Assembly (NCBI RefSeq): GCF_009914755.1
Contig: NC_060925.1
Direction: 5' to 3' (one strand)
DNA length: 64,000 nucleotides
Source of the DNA: the human T2T-CHM13v2.0 reference genome, Homo sapiens
A program made the position numbers and the translations under genes. Of this stretch, positions 11,306 through 26,351 are shown one piece after another. The notes beneath the pieces are model-generated. The model did no database searches, had not been told where the DNA came from, and was given only the letters and a program-made list of their open reading frames with translations. The stretch's first letter is position 1. Every line of letters starts with the position of its first letter.

Positions 11306-14300
11306 GAATTCAAAGGAATCATCATCAAATGGAACCGAATGGAATCCTCATTGAATGGAAATGAAAGGGGTCATCATCTAATGGAATCGCATGGAATCAT
11401 CACCAAATGGAATCGAATGGAATCATCATCAAATGGAATCTAATGGAATCATTGAACAGAATTGAATGGAATCGTCATCAAATGAATTGAATGCAATCAT
11501 CGAATGGTCTCGAATGGAATCATCTTCTAATGGAAAGGAATGGAATCATCGCATAGAATCGAATGGAATTATCATCGAATGGAATCGAATGGTATCAACA
11601 CCAAACGGAAAAAAACGGAATTATCGAATGGAATCGAAGAGAATCTTCGAACGGACCCGAATGGAATCATCTAATGGAATGGAATGGAATAATCCATGGA
11701 CTCGAATGCAATCATCATCGAATGGAATCGAATGGAATCATCGAATGGACTCGAATGGAATAATCATTGAACGGAATCGAATGGAATCATCATCGGATGG
11801 AAACGAATGGAATCATCATCGAATGGAAATGAAAGGAGTCATCATCTAATGCAATTGCATGGAATCATCATCAAATGGAATCGAATGGAATCAACATCAA
11901 ATGGAATCTAATGGAATCATTGAACAGAATTGAATGGAATCGTCATCGAATGAATTGACTGCAATCATCGAATGGTCTCCAATGGAATCATCTTCAAATG
12001 GAATGGAATGGAATCATCGCATAGAATCGAATGGAATTATCATCGAATGGAATCGAATGGAATCAACATCAAACGGAAAAAAACGGAATTATCGAATGGA
12101 ATCGAAGAGAATCATCGAATGGACCCGAATGGAATCATCTAATGGAATGGAATGGAATAATCCATGGACTCGAATGCAATCATCATCGAATGGAATCGAA
12201 TGGAATCATCGAATGGACTCGAATGGAATAATCATTGAACGGAATCGAATGGAATCATCATCAGATGGAAATGAATGGAATCATCATCGAATGGAATCGA
12301 ATAGAATTATGGAATGAAATCCAGTGTGATCATCATCGAATGGACCCGAATGGAATCATCATCCAACGGAAGCTAATGGAATCAACATCGAATGAATCAA
12401 ATGGAAACACCATCGAATTGAAACGAATGGAATTATCATGAAATTGAAATCGATGGACTCATCATCGAATGGATTCGAATGGAATCATCGAATAAAATTG
12501 ATTGAAATCATCATCGAATGGAATCGAATGGTATCATTGAATGGAATCGAATGGAATCATCATCAGATGGAAATGAATGGAATCGTCATAGAATGGAATC
12601 GAATGGATTCATTGAATGGAATCAGATGGAATCATCGAATGGACTGGAATGGAATCATTGAATGGACTCAAAAGGGATCATGATTGAATGGAATTGAATG
12701 GAATCATCGAATGGTCTCGATTGGAATCATTATCAAATGGAATCGAATGGAATCACCGAATAGAATCGAATGGAACAATCATCGAATGGACTCAAATGGA
12801 ATTATCCTCCAATGGAATCGAATGGAATTATCGAATGCAATCGAATGGAATTATCGAATGCAATCGAATAGAATGATCGAATGGACTCGAATGGAATCAT
12901 CGAATGGAATGCAATGGAACAGTCAATGAACTCGAATGGAATCATCATTGAATGGAATCGAATGGAATCATCGATTGGAATCGAATGGAATTATGATCAA
13001 ATGGAATCGAATGTAATCCTCATCAAATGGAATCAAAAATAACCATCATCAATTGGTATTGAATGGAATTGTCATCAAATGGAATTCAAAGGAATCATCA
13101 TCAAATGGAACCGAATGGAATCCTCATTGAATGGAAATGAAAGGGGTCATCATCTAATGGAATCGCATGGAATCATCATCAAATGGAATCGAATGGAATC
13201 ATCATCAAATGGAATCTAATGGAATCATTGAACAGAATTGAATGGAATCGTCATCGAATGAATTGAATGCAATCATCGAATGGTCTCGAATGGAATCATC
13301 TTCTAATGGAAAGGAATGGAATCATCGCATAGAATCGAATGGAATTATCATCGAATGGAATCGAATGGTATCAACACCAAACGGAAAAAAACGGAATTAT
13401 CGAATGGAATCGAAGAGAATCTTCGAACGGACCCGAATGGAATCATCTAATGGAATGGAATGGAATAATCCATGGACTCGAATGCAATCATCATCGAATG
13501 GAATCGAATGGAATCATCGAATGGAATCGAATGGAATAATCATTGAACGGAATCGAATGGAATCATCATCGGATGGAAACGAATGGAATCATCATCGAAT
13601 GGAAATGAAAGGAGTCATCATCTAATGGAATTGCATGGAATCATCATAAAATGGAATCGAATGGAATCAACATCAAATGGAATCAAATGGAATCATTGAA
13701 CGGAATTGAATGGAATCGTCATCGAATGAATTGACTGCAATCATCCAATGGTCTCGAATGGAATCATCTTCAAATGGAATGGAATGGAATCATCGCATAG
13801 AATCGAATGGAATTATCATCGAATGGAATCGAATGGAATCAACATCAAACGGAAAAAAACGGAATTATTGAATGGAATCGAAGAGAATCATCGAATGGAC
13901 CCGAATGGAATCATCTAATGGAATGGAATGGAATAATCCATGGACTCGAATGCAATCATCATCGAATGGAATCGAATGGAATCATCGAATGGACTCGAAT
14001 GGAATAATCATTGAACGGAATCGAATGGAATCATCATCGGATGGAAATGAATGGAATCATCATCGAATGGAATCGAATAGAATTATGGAATGAAATCCAG
14101 TGTGATCATCATCGAATGGACCCGAATGGAATCATCATCCAACGGAAGCTAATGGAATCAACATCGAATGAATCGAATGGAAACACCATCGAATTGAAAC
14201 GAATGGAATTATCATGAAATTGAAATGGATGGACTCATCATCGAATGGATTCGAATGGAATCATGGAATAAAATTGATGGAAATCATCATCCAATGGAAT

Positions 14301-16633
14301 CGAATGGTATCATTGAATGGAATCGAATGGAATCATCATCAGATGGAAATGAATGGAATCGTCATAGAATGGAATCGAATGGATTCATTGAATGGAATCA
14401 GATGGAATCATCGAATGGACTGGAATGGAATCATTGAATGGACTCGAAAGGGATCATGATTGAATGGAATTGAATGGAATCATCGAATGGTCTCGATTGG
14501 AATCATTATCAAATGGAATCGAATGGAATCACCGAATAGAATCGAATGGAACAATCATCGAATGGACTCAAATGGAATTATCCTCCAATGGAATGGAATG
14601 GAATTATCGAATGCAATCGAATGGAATTATCGAATGCAATCGAATAGAATCATCGAATGGACTCGAATTGAATCATCGAATGGAATGGAATGGAACAGTC
14701 AATGAACTCGAATGGAATCATCATTGAATGGAATCGAATGGAATCATCGAGTGGAATCGAATGGAATTATGATCAAATGGAATCGAATGTAATCATCATC
14801 AAATGGAATCAAAAATAACCATCATCAATTTGTATTGAATGGAATTGTCATCAAATGGAATTCAAAGGAATCATCATCAAATGGAACCGAATGGAATCCT
14901 CATTGAATGGAAATGAAAGGGGTCATCATCTAATGGAATCGCATGGAATCATCATCAAATGGAATCGAATGGAATCATCATCAAATGGAATCTAATGGAA
15001 TCATTGAACAGAATTGAATGGAATCGTCATCGAATGAATTGAATGCAATCATCGAATGGTCTCGAATGGAATCATCTTCTAATGGAAAGGAATGGAATCA
15101 TCGCATAGAATCGAATGGAATTATCATCGAATGGAATCGAATGGTATCAACACCAAACGGAAAAAAACGGAATTATCGAATGGAATCGAAGAGAATCTTC
15201 GAACGGACCCGAATGGAATCATCTAATGGAATGGAATGGAATAATCCATGGACTCGAATGCAATCATCATCGAATGGAATCGAATGGAATCATCGAATGG
15301 ACTCGAATGGAATAATCATTGAACGGAATCGATTGGAATCATCAACGGATGGAAACGAATGGAATCATCATCGAATGGAAATGAAAGGAGTCATCATCTA
15401 ATGGAATTGCATGGAATCATCATAAAATGGAATCGAATGGAATCAACATCAAATGGAATCAAATGGAATCATTGAACGGAATTGAATGGAATCGTCATCG
15501 AATGAATTGACTGCAATCATCCAATGGTCTCGAATGGAATCATCTTCAAATGGAATGGAATGGAATCATCGCATAGAATCGAATGGAATTATCATCGAAT
15601 GGAATCGAATGGAATCAACATCCAACGGAAAAAAACGGAATTATCGAATGGAATCGAAGAGAATCATCGAATGGACCCGAATGGAATCATCTAATGGAAT
15701 GGAATGGAATAATCCATGGACTCGAATGCAATCATCATCGAATGGAATCGAATGGAATCATCGAATGGACTCGAATGGAATAATCATTGAACGGAATCGA
15801 ATGGAATCATCATCGGATGGAAATGAATGGAATCATCATCGAATGGAATCGAATAGAATTATGGAATGAAATCCAGTGTGATCATCATCGAATGGACCCG
15901 AATGGAATCATCATCCAACGGAAGCTAATGGAATCAACATCGAATGAATCGAATGGAAACACCATCGAATTGAAACGAATGGAATTATCATGAAATTGAA
16001 ATGGATGGACTCATCATCGAATGGATTCGAATGGAATCATCGAATAAAATTGATTGAAATCATCATCCAATGGAATCGAATGGTATCATTGAATGGAATC
16101 GAATGGAATCATCATCAGATGGAAATGAATGGAATCGTCATAGAATGGAATCGAATGGATTCATTGAATGGAATCAGATGGAATCATCGAATGGACTGGA
16201 ATGGAATCATTGAATGGACTCGAAAGGGATCATGATTGAATGGAATTGAATGGAATCATCGAATGGTCTCGATTGGAATCATTATCAAATGGAATCGAAT
16301 GGAATCACCGAATAGAATCGAATGGAACAATCATCGAATGGACTCAAATGGAATTATCCTCCAATGGAATCGAATGGAATTATCGAATGCAATCGAATGG
16401 AATTATCGAATGCAATCGAATAGAATCATCGAATGGACTCGAATGGAATCATCGAATGGAATGGAATGGAACAGTCAATGAACTCGAATGGAATCATCAT
16501 TGAATGGAATCGAATGGAATCATCGAGTGGAATCGAATGGAATTATGATCAAATGGAATCGAATGTAATCATCATCAAATGGAATCAAAAATAACCATCA
16601 TCAATTGGTATTGAATGGAATTGTCATCAAATG

Positions 16634-18407
16634 GAATTCAAAGGAATCATCATCAAATGGAACCGAATGGAATCCTCATTGAATGGAAATGAAAGGGGTC
16701 ATCATCTAATGGAATCGCATGGAATCATCATCAAATGGAATCGAATGGAATCATCATCAAATGGAATCTAATGGAATCATTGAACAGAATTGAATGGAAT
16801 CGTCATCGAATGAATTGAATGCAATCATCGAATGGTCTCGAATGGAATCATCTTCTAATGGAAAGGAATGGAATCATCGCATAGAATCGAATGGAATTAT
16901 CATCGAATGGAATCGAATGGTATCAACACCAAACGGAAAAAAACGGAATTATCGAATGGAATCGAAGAGAATCTTCGAACGGACCCGAATGGAATCATCT
17001 AATGGAATGGAATGGAATAATCCATGGACTCGAATGCAATCATCATCGAATGGAATCGAATGGAATCATCGAATGGACTCGAATGGAATAATCATTGAAC
17101 GGAATCGATTGGAATCATCATCGGATGGAAACGAATGGAATCATCATCGAATGGAAATGAAAGGAGTCATCATCTAATGGAATTGCATGGAATCATCATA
17201 AAATGGAATCGAATGGAATCAACATCAAATGGAATCAAATGGAATCATTGAACGGAATTGAATGGAATCGTCATCGAATGAATTGACTGCAATCATCCAA
17301 TGGTCTCGAATGGAATCATCTTCAAATGGAATGGAATGGAATCATCGCATAGAATCGAATGGAATTATCATCGAATGGAATCGAATGGAATCAACATCCA
17401 ACGGAAAAAAACGGAATTATCGAATGGAATCGAAGAGAATCATCGAATGGACCCGAATGGAATCATGTAATGGAATGGAATGGAATAATCCATGGACTCG
17501 AATGCAATCATCATCTAATGGAATCGAATGGAATCATCGAATGGACTCGTATGGAATAATCATTGAACGGAATCGAATGGAATCATCATCGGATGGAAAT
17601 GAATGGAATCATCATCGAATGGAATCGAATAGAATTATGGAATGAAATCCAGTGTGATCATCATCGAATGGACCCGAATGGAATCATCATCCAACGGAAG
17701 CTAATGGAATCAACATCGAATGAATCAAATGGAAACACCATCGAATTGAAACGAATGGAATTATCATGAAATTGAAATGGATGGACTCATCATCGAATGG
17801 ATTAATGGAATCATCGAATAAAATTGATTGAAATCATCATCGAATGGAATCGAATGGTATCATTGAATGGAATCGAATGGAATCATCATCAGATGGAAAT
17901 GAATGGAATCGTCATAGAATGGAATCGAATGGATTCATTGAATGGAATCAGATGGAATCATCGAATGGACTGGAATGGAATCATTGAATGGACTCGAAAG
18001 GGATCATGATTGAATGGAATTGAATGGAATCATCGAATGGTCTCGATTGGAATCATTATCAAATGGAATCGAATGGAATCACCGAATAGAATCGAATGGA
18101 ACAATCATCGAATGGACTCAAATGGAATTATCCTCCAATGGAATCGAATGGAATTATCGAATGCAATCGAATGGAATTATCGAATGCAATCGAATAGAAT
18201 CATCGAATGGACTCGAATGGAATCATCGAATGGAATGGAATGGAACAGTCAATGAACTCGAATGGAATCATCATTGAATGGAATCGAATGGAATCATCGA
18301 GTGGAATCGAATGGAATTATGATCAAATGGAATCGAATGTAATCATCATCAAATGGAATCAAAAATAACCATCATCAATTGGTATTGAATGGAATTGTCA
18401 TCAAATG
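16634..18407 (+). repeat. 1774-bp variant unit (CG deleted at 17803/17804)
   Basis: GGATTAATGG replaces GGATTCGAATGG. Spacing 16794 to 18568 is 1774. Confidence 0.9.
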
Positions 18408-20183
18408 GAATTCAAAGGAATCATCATCAAATGGAACCGAATGGAATCCTCATTGAATGGAAATGAAAGGGGTCATCATCTAATGGAATCGCATGGAATC
18501 ATCATCAAATGGAATCGAATGGAATCATCATCAAATGGAATCTAATGGAATCATTGAACAGAATTGAATGGAATCGTCATCGAATGAATTGAATGCAATC
18601 ATCGAATGGTCTCGAATGGAATCATCTTCTAATGGAAAGGAATGGAATCATCGCATAGAATCGAATGGAATTATCATCGAATGGAATCGAATGGTATCAA
18701 CACCAAACGGAAAAAAACGGAATTATCGAATGGAATCGAAGAGAATCTTCGAACGGACCCGAATGGAATCATCTAATGGAATGGAATGGAATAATCCATG
18801 GACTCGAATGCAATCATCATCGAATGGAATCGAATGGAATCATCGAATGGACTCGAATGGAATAATCATTGAACGGAATCGAATGGAATCATCATCGGAT
18901 GGAAACGAATGGAATCATCATCGAATGGAAATGAAAGGAGTCATCATCTAATGGAATTGCATGGAATCATCATAAAATGGAATCGAATGGAATCAACATC
19001 AAATGGAATCAAATGGAATCATTGAACGGAATTGAATGGAATCGTCATCGAATGAATTGACTACAATCACCGAATGGTCTCGAATGGAATCATCTTCAAA
19101 TGGAATGGAATGGAATCATCACATAGAATCGAATGGAATTATCATCGAATGGAATCGAATGGAATCAACATCAAACGGAAAAAAACAGAATTATCGTATG
19201 GAATCGAAGAGAATCATCGAATGGACCCGAATGGAATCATCTAATGGAATGGAATGGAATAATCCATGGACTCGAATGCAATCATCATCGAATGGAATCG
19301 AATGGAATCATCGAATGGACTCGAATGGAATAATCATTGAACGGAATCGAATGGAATCATCATCGGATGGAAATGAATGGAATCATCATCGAATGGAATC
19401 GAACAGAATTATGGAATGAAATCCAGTGTGATCATCATCGAATGGACCCGAATGGAATCATCATCCAACGGAAGCTAATGGAATCAACATCGAATGAATC
19501 GAATGGAAACACCATCGAATTGAACCGAATGGAATTATTATGAAATTGAAATGGATGGACTCATCATCGAATGGATTCGAATGGAAACATCGAATAAAAT
19601 TGATTGAAATCATCATCCAATGGAATCGAATGGTATCATTGAATGGAATCGAATGGAATCATCATCAGATGGAAATGAATGGAATCGTCATAGAATGGAA
19701 TCGAATGGATTCATTGAATGGAATCAGATGGAATCATCGAATGGACTGGAATGGAATCATTGAATGGACTCGAAAGGGATCATGATTGAATGGAATTGAA
19801 TGGAATCATCGAATGGTCTCGATTGGAATCATTATCAAATGGAATCGAATGGAATCACCGAATAGAATCGAATGGAACAATCATCGAATGGACTCAAATG
19901 GAATTATCCTCAAATGGAATCGAATGGAATTATCGAATGCAATCGAATGGAATTATCGAATGCAATCGAATAGAATCATCGAAAGGACTCGAATGGAATC
20001 ATCGAATGGAATGGAATGGAACAGTCAATGAACTCGAATGGAATCATCATTGAATGGAATCGAATGGAATCATCGAGTGGAATCGAATGGAATTATGATC
20101 AAATGGAATCGAATGTAATCATCATCAAATGGAATCAAAAATAACCATCATCAATTGGTATTGAATGGAATTGTCATCAAATG

Positions 20184-21491
20184 GAATTCAAAGGAATCAT
20201 CATCAAATGGAACCGAATGGAATCCTCATTGAATGGAAATGAAAGGGGTCATCATCTAATGGAATCGCATGGAATCATCATCAAATGGAATCGAATGGAA
20301 TCATCATCAAATGGAATCTAATGGAATCATTGAACAGAATTGAATGGAATCGTCATCGAATGAATTGAATGCAATCATCGAATGGTCTCGAATGGAATCT
20401 TCTTCTAATGGAAAGGAATGGAATCATCGCATAGAATCGAATGGAATTATCATCGAATGGAATCGAATGGTATCAACACCAAACGGAAAAAAACGGAATT
20501 ATCGAATGGAATCGAAGAGAATCTTCGAACGGACCCGAATGGAATCATCTAATGGAATGGAATGGAATAATCCATGGACTCGAATGCAATCATCATCGAA
20601 TGGAATGGAATGGAATCATCGAATGGACTCGAATGGAATAATCATTGAACGGAATTGAATGGAATCATCATCGGATGGAAATGAATGGAATCATCATCGA
20701 ATGGAATCGAATAGAATTATGGAATGAAATCCAGTGTGATCATCATCGAATGGACCCGAATGGAATCATCATCCAACGGAAGCTAATGGAATCAACATCG
20801 AATGAATCGAATGGAAACACCATCGAATTGAAACGAATGGAATTATCATGAAATTGAAATGGATGGACTCATCATCGAATGGATTCGAATGGAATCATCG
20901 AATAAAATTGATTGAAATCATCATCCAATGGAATCGAATGGTATCATTGAATGGAATCGAATGGAATCATCATCAGATGGAAATGAATGGAATCGTCATA
21001 GAATGGAATCGAATGGATTCATTGAATGGAATCAGATGGAATCATCGAATGGACTGGAATGGAATCATTGAATGGACTCGAAAGGGATCATTATTGAATG
21101 GAATTGAATGGAATCATCGAATGGTCTCGATTGGAATCATTATCAAATGGAATCGAATGGAATCACCGAATAGAATCGAATGGAACAATCATCGAATGGA
21201 CTCAAATGGAATTATCCTCCAATGGAATCGAATGGAATTATCGAATGCAATCGAATGGAATTATCGAATGCAATCGAATAGACTCATCGAATGGACTCGA
21301 ATGGAATCATCGAATGGAATGGAATGGAACAGTCAATGAACTCGAATGGAATCATCATTGAATGGAATCGAATGGAATCATCGAGTGGAATCGAATGGAA
21401 TTATGATCAAATGGAATCGAATGTAATCATCATCAAATGGAATCAAAAATAACCATCATCAATTGGTATTGAATGGAATTGTCATCAAATG
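20184..21491 (+). repeat. 1308-bp variant unit (one 468-bp module lost; A/B hybrid)
   Basis: Spacing 20344 to 21652 is 1308 = 1776-468. A-type 5' markers are followed by the B-type 3' end (ATAGAATTATGG). Confidence 0.92.
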
Positions 21492-24400
21492 GAATTCAAA
21501 GGAATCATCATCAAATGGAACCGAATGGAATCCTCATTGAATGGAAATGAAAGGGGTCATCATCTAATGGAATCGCATGGAATCATCATCAAATGGAATC
21601 GAATGGAATCATCATCAAATGGAATCTAATGGAATCATTGAACAGAATTGAATGGAATCGTCATCGAATGAATTGAATGCAATCATCGAATGGTCTCGAA
21701 TGGAATCATCTTCTAATGGAAAGGAATGGAATCATCGCATAGAATCGAATGGAATTATCATCGAATGGAATCGAATGGTATCAACACCAAACGGAAAAAA
21801 ACGGAATTATCGAATGGAATCGAAGAGAATCTTCGAACGGACCCGAATGGAATCATCTAATGGAATGGAATGGAATAATCCATGGACTCGAATGCAATCA
21901 TCATCGAATGGAATCGAATGGAATCATCGAATGGACTCGAATGGAATAATCATTGAACGGAATCGAATGGAATCATCATCGGATGGAAACGAATGGAATC
22001 ATCATCGAATGGAAATGAAAGGAGTCATCATCTAATGGAATTGCATGGAATCATCATAAAATGGAATCGAATGGAATCAACGTCAAATGGAATCAAATGG
22101 AATCATTGAACGGAATTGAATGGAATCGTCATCGAATGAATTGACTGCAATCATCGAATGGTCTCGAATGGAATCATCTTCAAATGGAATGGAATGGAAT
22201 CATCGCATAGAATCGAATGGAATTATCATCGAATGGAATCGAATGGAATCAACATCAAACGGAAAAAAACAGAATTATCATATGGAATCGAAGAGAATCA
22301 TCGAAGGGACCCGAATGGAATCATCTAATGGAATGGAATGGAATAATCCATGGACTCGAATGCAATCATTATCGAATGGAATCGAATGGAATCATCGAAT
22401 GGACTCGAATGGAATAATCATTGAACGGAATCGAATGGAATCATCATCGGATGGAAATGAATGGAATCATCATCGAATGGAATCGAATAGAATTATGGAA
22501 TGAAATCCAGTGTGATCATCATCGAATGGACCCGAATGGAATCATCATCCAACGGAAGCTAATGGAATCAACATCGAATGAATCGAATGGAAACACCATC
22601 GAATTGAAACGAATGGAATTATCATGAAATTGAAATGGATGGACTCATCATCGAATGGATTCGAATGGAATCATCGAATAAAATTGATTGAAATCATCAT
22701 CCAATGGAATCGAATGGTATCATTGAATGGAATCGAATGGAATCATCATCAGATGGAAATGAATGGAATCGTCATAGAATGGAATCGAATGGATTCATTG
22801 AATGGAATCAGATGGAATCATCGAATGGACTGGAATGGAATCATTGAATGGACTCGAAAGGGATCATTATTGAATGGAATTGAATGGAATCATCGAATGG
22901 TCTCGATTGGAATCATTATCAAATGGAATCGAATGGAATCACCGAACAGAATCGAATGGAACAATCATCGAATGGACTCAAATGGAATTATCCTCCAATG
23001 GAATCGAATGGAATTATCGAATGCAATCGAATGGAATTATCGAATGCAATCGAATAGAATCATCGAATGGACTCGAATGGAATCATCGAATGGAATGGAA
23101 TGGAACAGTCAATGAACTCGAATGGAATCATCATTGAATGGAATCGAATGGAATCATCGAGTGGAATCGAATGGAATTATGATCAAATGGAATCGAATGT
23201 AATCATCATCAAATGGAATCAAAAATAACCATCATCAATTGGTATTGAATGGAATTGTCATCAAATGGAATTCAAAGGAATCATCATCAAATGGAACCGA
23301 ATGGAATCCTCATTGAATGGAAATGAAAGGGGTCATCATCTAATGGAATCGCATGGAATCATCATCAAATGGAATCGAATGGAATCATCATCAAATGGAA
23401 TCTAATGGAATCATTGAACAGAATTGAATGGAATCGTCATCGAATGAATTGAATGCAATCATCGAATGGTCTCGAATGGAATCATCTTCTAATGGAAAGG
23501 AATGGAATCATCGCATAGAATCGAATGGAATTATCATCGAATGGAATCGAATGGTATCAACACCAAACGGAAAAAAACGGAATTATCGAATGGAATCGAA
23601 GAGAATCTTCGAACGGACCCGAATGGAATCATCTAATGGAATGGAATGGAATAATCCATGGACTCGAATGCAATCATCATCGAATGGAATGGAATGGAAT
23701 CATCGAATGGACTCGAATGGAATAATCATTGAACGGAATCGAATGGAATCATCATCGGATGGAAACGAATGGAATCATCATCGAATGGAAATGAAAGGAG
23801 TCATCATCTAATGGAATTGCATGGAATCATCATAAAATGGAATCGAATGGAATCAACATCAAATGGAATCAAATGGAATCATTGAACGGAATTGAATGGA
23901 ATCGTCATCGAATGAATTGACTGCAATCATCCAATGGTCTCGAATGGAATCATCTTCAAATGGAATGGAATGGAATCATCGCATAGAATCGAATGGAATT
24001 ATCATCGAATGGAATCGAATGAAATCAACATCAAATGGAAAAAAACGGAATTATCGAATGGAATCGAAGAGAATCATCGAATGGACCCGAATGGAATCAT
24101 CTAATGGAATGGAATGGAATAATCCATGGACTCGAATGCAATCATCATCGAATGGAATCGAATGGAATCATCGAATGGACTCGAATGGAATAATCATTGA
24201 ACGGAATCGAATGGAATCATCATCGGATGGAAATGAATGGAATCATCATCGAATGGAATCGAATAGAATTATGGAATGAAATCCAGTGTGATCATCATCG
24301 AATGGACCCGAATGGAATCATCATCCAACGGAAGCTAATGGAATCAACATCGAATGAATCGAATGGAAACACCATCGAATTGAAACGAATGGAATTATCA

Positions 24401-25043
24401 TGAAATTGAAATGGATGGACTCATCATCGAATGGATTCGAATGGAATCATCGAATAAAATTGATTGAAATCATCATCGAATGGAATCGAATGGTATCATT
24501 GAATGGAATCGAATGGAATCATCATCAGATGGAAATGAATGGAATCGTCATAGAATGGAATCGAATGGATTCATTGAATGGAATCAGATGGAATCATCGA
24601 ATGGACTGGAATGGAATCATTGAATGGACTCGAAAGGGATCATGATTGAATGGAATTGAATGGAATCATCGAATGGTCTCGATTGGAATCATTATCAAAT
24701 GGAATCGAATGGAATCACCGAATAGAATCGAATGGAACAATCATCGAATGGACTCAAATGGAATTATCCTCCAATGGAATCGAATGGAATTATCGAATGC
24801 AATCGAATGGAATTATCGAATGCAATCGAATAGAATCATCGAATGGACTCGAATGGAATCATCGAATGGAATGGAATGGAACAGTCAATGAACTCGAATG
24901 GAATCATCATTGAATGGAATCGAATGGAATCATCGAGTGGAATCGAATGGAATTATGATCAAATGGAATCGAATGTAATCATCATCAAATGGAATCAAAA
25001 ATAACCATCATCAATTGGTATTGAATGGAATTGTCATCAAATG

Positions 25044-26351
25044 GAATTCAAAGGAATCATCATCAAATGGAACCGAATGGAATCCTCATTGAATGGAAAT
25101 GAAAGGGGTCATCATCTAATGGAATCGCATGGAATCATCATCAAATGGAATCGAATGGAATCATCATCAAATGGAATCTAATGGAATCATTGAACAGAAT
25201 TGAATGGAATCGTCATCGAATGAATTGAATGCAATCATCGAATGGTCTCGAATGGAATCATCTTCTAATGGAAAGGAATGGAATCATCGCATAGAATCGA
25301 ATGGAATTATCATCGAATGGAATCGAATGGTATCAACACCAAACGGAAAAAAACGGAATTATCGAATGGAATCGAAGAGAATCTTCGAACGGACCCGAAT
25401 GGAATCATCTAATGGAATGGAATGGAATAATCCATGGACTCGAATGCAATCATCATCGAATGGAATCGAATGGAATCATCGAATGGACTCGAATGGAATA
25501 ATCATTGAACGGAATCGAATGGAATCATCATCGGATGGAAATGAATGGAATCATCATCGAATGGAATCGAATAGAATTATGGAATGAAATCCAGTGTGAT
25601 CATCATCGAATGGACCCGAATGGAATCATCATCCAACGGAAGCTAATGGAATCAACATCGAATGAATCAAATGGAAACACCATCGAATTGAAACGAATGG
25701 AATTATCATGAAATTGAAATGGATGGACTCATCATCGAATGGATTCGAATGGAATCATCGAATAAAATTGATTGAAATCATCATCCAATGGAATCGAATG
25801 GTATCATTGAATGGAATCGAATGGAATCATCATCAGATGGAAATGAATGGAATCGTCATAGAATGGAATCGAATGGATTCATTGAATGGAATCAGATGGA
25901 ATCATCGAATGGACTGGAATGGAATCATTGAATGGACTCGAAAGGGATCATGATTGAATGGAATTGAATGGAATCATCGAATGGTCTCGATTGGAATCAT
26001 TATCAAATGGAATCGAATGGAATCACCGAATAGAATCGAATGGAACAATCATCGAATGGACTCAAATGGAATTATCCTCAAATGGAATCGAATGGAATTA
26101 TCGAATGCAATCGAATGGAATTATCGAATGCAATCGAATAGAATCATCGAATGGACTCGAATGGAATCATCGAATGGAATGGAATGGAACAGTCAATGAA
26201 CACGAATGGAATCATCATTGAATGGAATCGAATGGAATCATCGAGTGGAATCGAATGGAATTATGATCAAATGGAATCGAATGTAATCATCATCAAATGG
26301 AATCAAAAATAACCATCATCAATTGGTATTGAATGGAATTGTCATCAAATG
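25044..26351 (+). repeat. 1308-bp variant unit (A/B hybrid)
   Basis: Spacing 25204 to 26512 is 1308. ORF 25204 begins A-type (VSTPNG, RIFER) and ends B-type (ESNRIME). Confidence 0.92.

Noticed and set aside
20848-21339. Longer 163-aa ORF in some units (20848, 22624, 47782, 54891, 61995)
   Set aside because: A single TGA>TTA change fuses two spurious ORFs. The same allele occurs next to new stops at ~29494, ~38989 and ~53460, so it is a lineage marker and not a selected gene.
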